Positions 25,345-33,833 of a stretch of DNA of 64,000 nucleotides are shown here, in pieces. Within the stretch, counting starts at the first letter, position 1. Every line of letters starts with the position of its first letter. The stretch is from Eubacteriales bacterium (GTDB taxonomy: Bacteria; Bacillota; Clostridia; Oscillospirales; CAG-272). The notes under the pieces are model-generated. The model was not told the origin of the DNA. It saw only the letters and a program-made list of their open reading frames with translations, and made no database searches. A program made the position numbers and the translations under genes. Where the stretch lies: the NCBI GenBank assembly GCA_045643945.1, contig JAZRGA010000071.1, positions 5,891 to 69,890 of the forward strand, written 5' to 3'.

Positions 25345-28221
25345 TTACTTAGAATTAGGCTCATATCCGTTGAAGCCGTAGGTCTTTACGATGGTGGGGT
25401 AATCCTTGTAGGATACGTTTGCATCATAGGGGCCCTTACCCGAAACGTACTTCTTGGATGTGTACTGATACATACCGTACTTCTTGCTGTAGCTTGCGTT
25501 AAGCGAGGTGTAGGTGTTATCGTAGTAGTGAGCTACCCAGAACTCATACTTAGCGCAAATCTCGGACATAGGAAGCTGAGTGGACTTGTACTGACCTGTA
25601 TACATACCGGAGAGGTAGCCCTTTGCAGCAATCATATCCATAAACTTCAAGCAGATGTTCTTTGCAGTTGTCTTGCTAAGACTTGTCTGTGAGGGGTCCT
25701 CGTAGTCGAAGTAAATCGGATACTCGAACTTCTTACCCTTTATCCAAGAAAGCATATTGTTTGCATCCTTCTCTGCCTGAGATACGTTGAGAGCGTAGGA
25801 GTAGTAGTAAGCACCAATCTCAAGGCCTGCGGATCTTGCCTCGTTATAGAACTTATCGAAGCAGGAGTCCTTACCCTTGGTTGTACCTGCGCGGAGGATT
25901 ACATAGGTGTAGCCTGCTGCCTTAACCTTCTTGAAGTCGATATTACCGGACTGCCAAGAGGAAACGTCAAGACCCTGAGCCCAAACCTTACCTGTTCCTG
26001 CCATACCGCCCTTATAGCCTCTGCTATAACCTGTGCCGGGTACGTTAGATACGGGGTTTACGTCGAAGTAAATAGATGTTTCTGTGTTAGGACCAACAAT
26101 GCCGTCAACGGTGAGTCCGTTTTCGTGCTGATATGCTCTGATAGCCGCAACTGTTGCGTTACCGAGAATACCGTCGATGCTACCGTCATAGTAGCCGAGC
26201 TTCTTAAGGTCCTGCTGAAGCTTCTTTGCCTTGTTAACGATAGATGTCAAGGTGTTAGGACCTGCGTTACCGTCAACTGTGAGTCCGTTCTCTCTCTGAT
26301 ATTCCTTAACTGCCGCCAAGGTCTTTGCGCCGAACGAGCCGTCGATAGAGCCGTTGAGGTGTCCGAATACTACGAGAGCCTTCTGAAGATGCTCAACCTG
26401 AATACCGCTTGCACCCTGCTTAAGCGACTGATTTGTCTTGAACTCCTCAGATGTAGAAGGAGTTGAAGGAGTCGAGGGTGTAGAGGGAGTCGAAGGAGTT
26501 GAGGGGGTCGAAGGTGTAGAAGGAGTCGAAGGAGTTGTAGACGTATTCAACTTAGCTACCGCCTTAGAGATTTCGCTAAGAGTCTTAGGACCTGCAACGC
26601 CGTCAACAGTGAGATTGTGAACCTTCTGGAATGATCTAAGAGCCGAAAGTGTGCCGTCACCCAAGGAAACGTCGATAGTTCCGTGGTAGTAGCCGAGCTT
26701 CTTAAGGTTGATCTGGAGGTTAGCGCCCTTATTCTTCATAGAAGTAAGAGTCTTGCTACCTGCCTGACCGTCTGCTGCGAGACCGTTCTCGTTCTGATAT
26801 GCCTTTACTGCTGCGAGAGTAGCATTACCGAAGCTACCGTCGATAGAGCCGTCAAGGTATCCGAATACCTTAAGTATCTGCTGAATGTATCTTACCTGAT
26901 CACCCGAGCTACCCTTAACGAGAAGCTGGTTGGTGTTAAGCTTTGACTTAACGGTCAAATCGAGATTTGAAGTGCTTGAGGAAGATCCGCTCGAGGTGTT
27001 ACCGCTCGAGGTGTTACCCGAAGAAGTGCTTCCACTTGATGTGCTACCCGAGGATGTGCTACCGCTTGAGGTGCTACCCGAGGTAGAGCCGCTCGAAAGG
27101 TCGTTAACTGCCTTTGTGAGTGCATTGAGTGTTGCGGTATCTGCTACACCTGTTTCGCTAAGCTTCTGAGCCTTCTGGAAAGCCTTAAGAGCCGCGATAG
27201 ACTTCTCACCGAACATACCGTCGATAGAGCCGTTGTAGTAGTTAAGCTTCTTAAGATTGTTCTGAACTGCAACCACCTTGTTCTTAAGAGAGGTCAAGGT
27301 GTTCTGTCCTGCCTTACCGTCAACAGTAAGACCGTTATCCTCCTGGTACTGCTTAACAGCCGCAAGAGTCTTTGCTCCAAAGCCGCCGTCAACAGTCAAA
27401 GGACCGTATCCGAGAGCGTTAAGAGCCTTCTGCATATACTCTACCTGAATGCCGTTATCACCCTGAACGAGGAGCTGGCTTGTGTAGAACTCGTCACCGT
27501 CAACGTAGGTTGAGCCGGAGGGCGCTGCGGGAACGCTCTTTGTGTAGCGATAGATCTTGTAGCTGCCGCCGTACTTAGAAGCAAGACCCGAGGGAGTATA
27601 TGTTGTCTTCTTAAGCTGAGGAGGTGTCTGCTCAGTGATCTCAATCTGTGTAATAGCGCCGTTGCTATTATACTTAAGACCTGTTACGAGAACAACGTGA
27701 GGAGAGGAGTTAAGACAGTCACCAAGCTGAAGCTTGTTGGTTGCGTTGCTTGTTGTAACGCTTCCTATACATGTAGAAATGTTAGGAATAGAATAAGTGG
27801 TCTGTCTGCTTGTACCCCAGCACCATGCTACGAATGCAGAGCAGTCGGTTGCATAGTATGTGGATGACTTCTGATATTTAGATCTGCTGGTGTAGAATAC
27901 ACTGCTTGCAGACTGTGTAGACTTAAGAAATTCGTCTACCGATACACCGTAACCGATGTATTTGCCCGAATAAATGGGCTGACCGTAAGGAAGTCTGTAT
28001 GTGCTACCTGCCGAGAAGGTGTATGCACTGTTCCAACCCTTTACGGTTTTCTTACAAACCCAAGTAGAATTCCAAAGGTAATTCGCTCTATCAACAATAT
28101 TCTGCTGATTTTGAGTTACCGCGCTTGTGCTTGTAGGCATAACTATTACAAAGGTACTTAAAACGAAAATAAGCACCAATGCAAAGCTAAGAACTTTTTT
28201 CAAAATCTTTTTACTTGCCAT
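25345..28221 (-). CDS. Secreted multidomain peptidoglycan hydrolase: papain-like Cys/His domain, six PG_binding_1 repeats and a C-terminal GH25 muramidase
   Basis: 958 aa from MASKKILKK (GGAGGAAAG lies before the ATG at 28221). YATDCSAFVAWCWG...HVVLV motifs. Six LxxGxxGxxVxxLQxxL/GxYxGxIDGxFG units. The GH25 start is GLDVSSWQSGNIDFKKVKAAGYTYVILRAG. Confidence 0.8.
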   Translation of the reverse strand: MASKKILKKVLSFALVLIFVLSTFVIVMPTSTSAVTQNQQNIVDRANYLWNSTWVCKKTVKGWNSAYTFSAGSTYRLPYGQPIYSGKYIGYGVSVDEFLKSTQSASSVFYTSRSKYQKSSTYYATDCSAFVAWCWGTSRQTTYSIPNISTCIGSVTTSNATNKLQLGDCLNSSPHVVLVTGLKYNSNGAITQIEITEQTPPQLKKTTYTPSGLASKYGGSYKIYRYTKSVPAAPSGSTYVDGDEFYTSQLLVQGDNGIQVEYMQKALNALGYGPLTVDGGFGAKTLAAVKQYQEDNGLTVDGKAGQNTLTSLKNKVVAVQNNLKKLNYYNGSIDGMFGEKSIAALKAFQKAQKLSETGVADTATLNALTKAVNDLSSGSTSGSTSSGSTSSGSTSSGSTSSGNTSSGNTSSGSSSSTSNLDLTVKSKLNTNQLLVKGSSGDQVRYIQQILKVFGYLDGSIDGSFGNATLAAVKAYQNENGLAADGQAGSKTLTSMKNKGANLQINLKKLGYYHGTIDVSLGDGTLSALRSFQKVHNLTVDGVAGPKTLSEISKAVAKLNTSTTPSTPSTPSTPSTPSTPSTPSTPSTPSTSEEFKTNQSLKQGASGIQVEHLQKALVVFGHLNGSIDGSFGAKTLAAVKEYQRENGLTVDGNAGPNTLTSIVNKAKKLQQDLKKLGYYDGSIDGILGNATVAAIRAYQHENGLTVDGIVGPNTETSIYFDVNPVSNVPGTGYSRGYKGGMAGTGKVWAQGLDVSSWQSGNIDFKKVKAAGYTYVILRAGTTKGKDSCFDKFYNEARSAGLEIGAYYYSYALNVSQAEKDANNMLSWIKGKKFEYPIYFDYEDPSQTSLSKTTAKNICLKFMDMIAAKGYLSGMYTGQYKSTQLPMSEICAKYEFWVAHYYDNTYTSLNASYSKKYGMYQYTSKKYVSGKGPYDANVSYKDYPTIVKTYGFNGYEPNSK
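26455..26537 (-). repeat. 9-nt in-frame tandem repeat encoding (STP)n linker
   Basis: About 9 copies inside the hydrolase gene. Confidence 0.8.
26971..27095 (-). repeat. 18-nt in-frame tandem repeat encoding (SGSTSS)n linker
   Basis: About 6 copies inside the hydrolase gene. Confidence 0.75.
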
Positions 28222-28300
28222 TGTTTCTTTCCTCCATAAAACATTAAATATACTCATAATGAAAACATAAATAAGACGCAGAGTGCCCTCTGCATATAGT

Positions 28301-28329
28301 ATTATATTACTTTTTTGGTAAAAAGTCAA
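28301..28329 (-). promoter_or_regulatory. Sigma-A type promoter for the hydrolase gene
   Basis: Minus strand TTGACT, a 17-nt spacer, then TATAAT. Confidence 0.45.
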
Positions 28330-28571
28330 CCACCTTTCGTCGCTTTCTCCCATTTTTACAACTGTACGAAACTTTTTTTGTGCATTTAGCCGATAAATTT
28401 TTAACAATCTTTCAAAACTATAGTGCGAATTGTGACGGTTCTGTGTACATCGACATTTTCTGTTTCCATATTAGTAAATAATTGGTAGGTCGCCTAAAAA
28501 ACAAAATCGGGAGAAAAGCCTCAAAAAAAGCTTCTCTCCCATAACTTTATTTAATTTTTCAACTATATTAA

Positions 28572-29657
28572 TTAATTGAAGTAATAAGGCTTACCCGTCT
28601 TTGCAGACTCGTAGATACCCTCAAGAATTTGAGTAATAACGAATGCCTCCTCGGGCTTTGTTGCTACTTCCTTGTCCTCAATAACAGCATTCAACCAAGC
28701 GCGAGCCTCCTTGACTGCGGGAGTATCACTGCTCTTTCCGTCGTTAAAATCAACACCGCCCGCTGCGAATGAGGGCTTAGTTACATACTGACGTCCGTTG
28801 TGTACTCCGTTAATGCGAAGACCGTCAACCATATCAGCGCCTGCCTTAGTTCCGCAAACAGTAGTCTGCGCCTCTCTTACGTCAAGAGAGTTGAGCGCCC
28901 AAGAGGACTCAAGAACGATGGTAGCACCGTTTTCCATTACGATAAAGCCGAACGCAGAATCCTCAACAGTGAACTTTTCAGGGTCCCAGTTACCCCAGGT
29001 GTTGCCCTGGTCGGTATCGTTGTTAAGCTTATGATAGGATGTTCCAACGCAATATTTAGGCTTGTAGTTGTTCATTACCCAAAGAGTAAGGTCAAGCGCA
29101 TGAGTTCCGATGTCTATAAGAGGACCGCCGCCCTGCTCATACTCGTTGAGGAACACACCCCAGTTAGGAACTGCACGTCTGCGGATAGCGGTTGCCTTTG
29201 CATAATAGATGTCACCGAAAACGCCGTCCTCTGCCTCTTTCTTAAGGTACAAGGAATCGTCACGGAAACGGTTCTGATAGCCGATAGTAAGCTTCTTTCC
29301 CGTACGAGCCGCAGCATCAAGCATCTTCTTCGCCTCAGCAGAATTTATAGCCATAGGCTTTTCACACATAACGTGCTTGCCGGCTTCAAGAGAATCAACG
29401 GTGATAAAGCTGTGGGAACGGTTAGGAGTACAAACGTGAACAACGTCGATGCTCTCGTCCTTAAGAAGCTCCTTGTAGTCCTCATAAACCTTAGCGCCCT
29501 CAATACCAAACTTTGCAGCAGCAGCCTGAGCCTTTTCAATAATAATATCACAGAATGCAACCATTTCGCACTGCTTAAGAGCCTTAAGCGCGGGCATATG
29601 CTTTCCGTTAGCAATACCGCCGCATCCGATGATACCAATTCTTAATTTCTTTTCCAT
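28572..29657 (-). CDS. Gfo/Idh/MocA-family oxidoreductase
   Basis: 361 aa. IGIIGCGGIA Rossmann motif and EKP motif (MCEKPMA). Confidence 0.8.
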   Translation of the reverse strand: MEKKLRIGIIGCGGIANGKHMPALKALKQCEMVAFCDIIIEKAQAAAAKFGIEGAKVYEDYKELLKDESIDVVHVCTPNRSHSFITVDSLEAGKHVMCEKPMAINSAEAKKMLDAAARTGKKLTIGYQNRFRDDSLYLKKEAEDGVFGDIYYAKATAIRRRAVPNWGVFLNEYEQGGGPLIDIGTHALDLTLWVMNNYKPKYCVGTSYHKLNNDTDQGNTWGNWDPEKFTVEDSAFGFIVMENGATIVLESSWALNSLDVREAQTTVCGTKAGADMVDGLRINGVHNGRQYVTKPSFAAGGVDFNDGKSSDTPAVKEARAWLNAVIEDKEVATKPEEAFVITQILEGIYESAKTGKPYYFN

Positions 29658-29867
29658 AATGTTAAACTCCTTTAAAATTACATTATCTTTTTAAAAGTTA
29701 TTTTAATTATACTATCTTTTTATAGAGTTGTCAAGCACTAACAAAGATTTAATTTTGCGTTTTTGAATAGTAAAATCAAAGATACACAAAAAACAAAGCA
29801 AAAGGGAGAAAGCCTCAAGTGAAGCTCTCTCCCTTGCGTTATGCAAAGTTTATTAACTTAGCTTATA

Positions 29868-32800
29868 TTATTCCTCGTTACCGTAAAGAGTAGAAAGCTT
29901 CTGAAGTCTTTCGTACTTAGCCTTTGCGTTATCCGCGCCCTTTGCAAAGAGCTCCTCTGCCTTCTCGGGGAATGCCTGAACAAGACGAGCGTAACGGGTT
30001 TCGGACTTGATGAACTCAACGTAGTCACCCGTGGGCTCCTTAGAGTCAATAATGAGCTTATTGGACTCGAGGGTAGGATTGTAACGGAACATCTGCCAGT
30101 AGCCTGACTCAACTGCCTTCTTCATCTCGAGCTGGCAGTTCTGCATTCCGCCCTTAACTCCGTGCATTTCACAAGGAGCGTAAGCGATAACGATAGAAGG
30201 TCCGTTGTATGCCTCTGCCTCGGTAAGAGCCTTAAGAAGCTGATTCATATCAGCGCCCATAGCAACCTGTGCAACGTAAACGTAACCGTAAGACATAGCG
30301 ATCTGTGCAAGATCCTTCTTACCGATTGCCTTACCTGCTGCTGCGAACTGAGCAACCTGACCGATCTGAGAAGCCTTAGAAGCCTGTCCACCGGTGTTGG
30401 AGTAAACCTCGGTATCGAATACCATAATGTTTACGTCCTCGCCCGAAGCGATTACATGGTCAAGACCGCCGAATCCGATATCGTAAGCCCAACCGTCACC
30501 ACCGAATATCCATACAGACTTCTTGGAGAGGTAATCCTTCTCTGCGAGAATTGCGGGAGCAACGGGACAACCTGCCTCAGCTGCCTTTTCAAGCTCTACG
30601 ATAAGAGCCTTAGTAGCTGCCTCATTTGCCTTACCGTCGTCCTTGCTATCAATGTAAGCCTTAGCTGCTGCCTTAAAGTCATCGCTTGCCTTTTCGGACT
30701 CTGCCATAGCGGCAACCTTACCGATAAGCTTCTCACGAATAGTCTTCTGACCGAGAGCGATACCAAGACCGTGCTCTGCGTTATCCTCAAAGAGCGAGTT
30801 TGCCCAAGCGGGACCTCTGCCTGTACCGTTGTTTACGGTGTAAGGAGTTGCGGGAGCTGAGCCACCCCAGATAGAAGAACATCCGGTAGCGTTGGAGATA
30901 TACATTCTCTCACCAAAGAGCTGAGTGATAAGACGAGCGTAAGAGGTTTCTGCACAACCTGCGCAAGAGCCGGAGAACTCGAGCAAGGGCTGCTTGAACT
31001 GGCTACCCTTAACGGTATTGTTAACAAGCTCGGGCTTTTCGCTTACGTTTGCAACTGCGTAATCGAAGGGAGCCTGCTGATCAAGCTCGCCTGCGAAGGG
31101 AACCATCTCGAGTGCGGGAGTCTTGCCGGTCTTTGCAGCGTTTGCGGCAACGGGACAAGCCTTTACGCAGAGAGTACATCCCATACAGTCCATAGGCGAA
31201 ATTGCCATTGTGAACTTGTAATCGGTCTTTGCAACGGGCTTTGCGGTGTACTTTGTAGCCTCGGGAGCGTTTGCAGCCTCATCAGCGGTAAGCGCGAAGG
31301 GACGGATTGCAGCGTGAGGACATACGAAAGCACAGCTGTTACACTGGATACAGCTTTCGGGATTCCACTTGGGAACCATTACGGCAACGCCTCTCTTTTC
31401 ATAAGCTGCAGAGCCCTGAGGGAATGTACCGTCAACGTACTTAGCAAATGCCGAAACAGGGAGAGAATCGCCCTTCATTCCAACAACGGGCATAACAACG
31501 TCGTTTACGAAATCAACGAGATCCTCACGAGCGCCGTTTACCTTTTCTGCTGCAGGAGTTTCGCCTGCGTTTGCCCACTCAGCGGGAACGTCAACGAGGT
31601 GGAGCGCATCCTTACCTGCGTCGATTGCCTTGTGGTTGAGGTCAACGATAGCCTGACCCTTCTTGAGGTAGGACTTCGTTGCCATATACTTCATATAATC
31701 AATAGCCTCAGCCGCGGGAAGAATATTTGCAAGAGCAAAGAATGCGGACTGAAGAACGGTGTTTTTAACCTTTGCGTTACCGAGGTCGATAGCGAGCTTG
31801 GTTGCGTTAATTGTGTAGAACTTAATGTTGTTCTTAGCAATGTAGCTCTTAACCGATGCGGGAAGATGTGCGGAAAGCTCCTCATCACTCCACTGGCAGT
31901 CGAGCAAGAACGTACCGCCGGGCTTAACGTCGGAAATCATATCATACTTTGCAAGGTATGCGTTGTTATGACATGCAACGAAATCAGCCTTATTAATATA
32001 ATAGGTAGACTTTATGGGCGAATCACCGAAGCGGAGGTGAGAAATCGTTACACCGCCGGTCTTCTTCGAGTCGTACTGGAAGTAAGCCTGAATGAACTTA
32101 TCGGTGTGGTCACCAATAATCTTAATGGAGTTCTTGTTTGCACCAACAGTACCGTCACCGCCAAGACCCCAGAACTTGCACTGAATCATATCCTTGGGTG
32201 CAGTATCGGGAGCGGGCTTCTCGTCGAGAGAAAGTCCGGTAAGGTCATCAACGATACCGATAGTGAAGTGATTCTTAGGCTTGTCTGCGTTAAGGTTCTC
32301 AAATACTGCAAATACAGAAGCGGGAGTGGTATCCTTAGAGCCAAGACCGTAACGGCCGCCTACAACCTGCATACCTGTTCTGCCAACCTCATTAAGAGCA
32401 GCAACAACGTCGAGGAAGAGAGGCTCACCAAGAGAGCCGGGCTCCTTGGTTCTATCAAGAACTGCAATCTTCTTTGCGGTTGCGGGAATAGCCTCAGCAA
32501 GCTTTTCTGCAACGAAAGGTCTGTAAAGTCTTACCTTAACAAGACCAACCTTCTCGCCCTTAGCAAGAAGATAATCTATAACCTCCTCTGCGGTGTCGCA
32601 GATAGAGCCCATAGCTATCATAACTCTGTCGGCATCGGGTGCGCCGTAGTAGTTAAAGAGCTTGTAATCTGTGCCAAGCTTCTCGTTAACCTTGTCCATA
32701 TACTCCTCAACGATAGCAGGGAGAGCATCATAATATGCGTTACAAGCCTCTCTGTGCTGGAAGAATATATCGCCGTTTTCTGCAGAACCGCGGAGAACGG

Positions 32801-33443
32801 GATGCTCAGGGTTAAGAGCGCGTGCGCGGAATGCAGCGATTGCATCCTTATCAACCATCTCCTCAAGATCCTTGTAGTCCCAAACGGCAACCTTAGAAAT
32901 CTCGTGAGAGGTACGGAATCCGTCGAAGAAGTTAAGGAAAGGAACTCTGCCCTTAATGGTTGCAAGGTGTGCAACTGCACCAAGGTCCATAACCTCCTGC
33001 GCGTTGGTTTCAGCGAGCATAGCGAAACCTGTCTGACGGCAAGCGTAAACGTCGGAGTGATCTCCGAAAATATTGAGCGCGTGAGATGCAACTGCACGAG
33101 CCGATACGTGAATTACGCAAGGAAGAAGCTCACCGGCGATCTTGTACATATTGGGGATCATCAAGAGAAGTCCCTGAGATGCGGTGTAGGTAGTGGTAAG
33201 TGCGCCGGCAGCGAGAGAACCGTGAACTGTTCCCGCAGCTCCTGCCTCGGACTGCATTTCCATAACCTTTACTGTTTCACCCATAATGTTCTTAAGACCG
33301 GTTGCGGACCAAGCGTCAGTAAGCTCTGCCATTACCGAAGAAGGGGTGATGGGGTAGATTGCGGCAACCTCTGTGAACGCATAAGAAACCTGCGCCGCAG
33401 CGGTATTACCGTCCATGGATTGTCTTTTTCTTTCAATAGCCAT
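29868..33443 (-). CDS. nifJ: Pyruvate:ferredoxin (flavodoxin) oxidoreductase
   Basis: 1191 aa from MAIERKRQSMDGNTAAAQVSY. Two 4Fe-4S motifs (CIQCNSCAFVCPH, CMGCTLCVKACP). TPP domain GGDGWAYDIGFGGLDH. The ORF-track start at 33551 is 36 codons too long. Confidence 0.95.
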   Translation of the reverse strand: MAIERKRQSMDGNTAAAQVSYAFTEVAAIYPITPSSVMAELTDAWSATGLKNIMGETVKVMEMQSEAGAAGTVHGSLAAGALTTTYTASQGLLLMIPNMYKIAGELLPCVIHVSARAVASHALNIFGDHSDVYACRQTGFAMLAETNAQEVMDLGAVAHLATIKGRVPFLNFFDGFRTSHEISKVAVWDYKDLEEMVDKDAIAAFRARALNPEHPVLRGSAENGDIFFQHREACNAYYDALPAIVEEYMDKVNEKLGTDYKLFNYYGAPDADRVMIAMGSICDTAEEVIDYLLAKGEKVGLVKVRLYRPFVAEKLAEAIPATAKKIAVLDRTKEPGSLGEPLFLDVVAALNEVGRTGMQVVGGRYGLGSKDTTPASVFAVFENLNADKPKNHFTIGIVDDLTGLSLDEKPAPDTAPKDMIQCKFWGLGGDGTVGANKNSIKIIGDHTDKFIQAYFQYDSKKTGGVTISHLRFGDSPIKSTYYINKADFVACHNNAYLAKYDMISDVKPGGTFLLDCQWSDEELSAHLPASVKSYIAKNNIKFYTINATKLAIDLGNAKVKNTVLQSAFFALANILPAAEAIDYMKYMATKSYLKKGQAIVDLNHKAIDAGKDALHLVDVPAEWANAGETPAAEKVNGAREDLVDFVNDVVMPVVGMKGDSLPVSAFAKYVDGTFPQGSAAYEKRGVAVMVPKWNPESCIQCNSCAFVCPHAAIRPFALTADEAANAPEATKYTAKPVAKTDYKFTMAISPMDCMGCTLCVKACPVAANAAKTGKTPALEMVPFAGELDQQAPFDYAVANVSEKPELVNNTVKGSQFKQPLLEFSGSCAGCAETSYARLITQLFGERMYISNATGCSSIWGGSAPATPYTVNNGTGRGPAWANSLFEDNAEHGLGIALGQKTIREKLIGKVAAMAESEKASDDFKAAAKAYIDSKDDGKANEAATKALIVELEKAAEAGCPVAPAILAEKDYLSKKSVWIFGGDGWAYDIGFGGLDHVIASGEDVNIMVFDTEVYSNTGGQASKASQIGQVAQFAAAGKAIGKKDLAQIAMSYGYVYVAQVAMGADMNQLLKALTEAEAYNGPSIVIAYAPCEMHGVKGGMQNCQLEMKKAVESGYWQMFRYNPTLESNKLIIDSKEPTGDYVEFIKSETRYARLVQAFPEKAEELFAKGADNAKAKYERLQKLSTLYGNEE

Positions 33444-33833
33444 GTTAGAAAAACCTCCGTTAAATGTATTGATTATTTTGAAAAATAATTTTCCACTCAA
33501 TATAATACCACAAAACGCAAAATAAGTAAATAGATTTTTTGAAATTTCCACATATTTTATAAAAAATTTGCCATTTTTTTAACAATCAACCATTATTTTA
33601 ACAAGAACGCTCGAAAAAGCAAAAAGTTTATGTTTTTTTAATATTTTCATCAAAATTCTATTCAAGCCTTATAGTTGCGTTGAGGTGTCAACAAATTTTA
33701 ACAAATTTTAAGCAAAATAAGTTGAGTTCTCAACATTTTTAAAAATTAACACACAATTCACATTTTTTGTGTTATAATTATGATAAAGAACCGTCACGGT
33801 GTTTCTTGGTCGATACGAAAGGAGCTTTTTGAT

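Noticed and set aside
26438-27169. Short plus-strand ORFs encoding VEGVEGVEG and EVLPLEVLP repeats.
   Set aside because: They are reverse-strand readings of the (STP)n and (SGSTSS)n linker repeats of the hydrolase gene.
25345-28221. The GH25 plus Cys-peptidase enzyme could be a prophage endolysin.
   Set aside because: There is no holin, tail, capsid, integrase or other phage gene on either side. The protein has a Sec signal peptide and is far larger than typical endolysins. It is more consistent with a chromosomal secreted autolysin.
28800-29645. 281-aa plus-strand ORF.
   Set aside because: It is a codon-registered antisense shadow of the Gfo/Idh/MocA oxidoreductase gene 28572..29657.
31314-33488. 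724-aa plus-strand ORF, the longest ORF on that strand.
   Set aside because: It lies exactly antisense and codon-registered to the PFOR gene, whose protein has unmistakable PFOR motifs. The antisense product is low-complexity, Cys/Leu/Asn-rich, and has no SD or promoter. It is a shadow ORF caused by avoidance of TTA/CTA/TCA in the sense gene.
33444-33551. 36-codon N-terminal extension of PFOR, and similar extensions at 5682..5711, 22586..22660, 28222..28407, 33780..33833 and 59658..59684.
   Set aside because: In each case an internal ATG or GTG is preceded by a proper SD at 5-9 nt and begins the conserved or signal-peptide sequence. The extensions run through promoter or UTR sequence.
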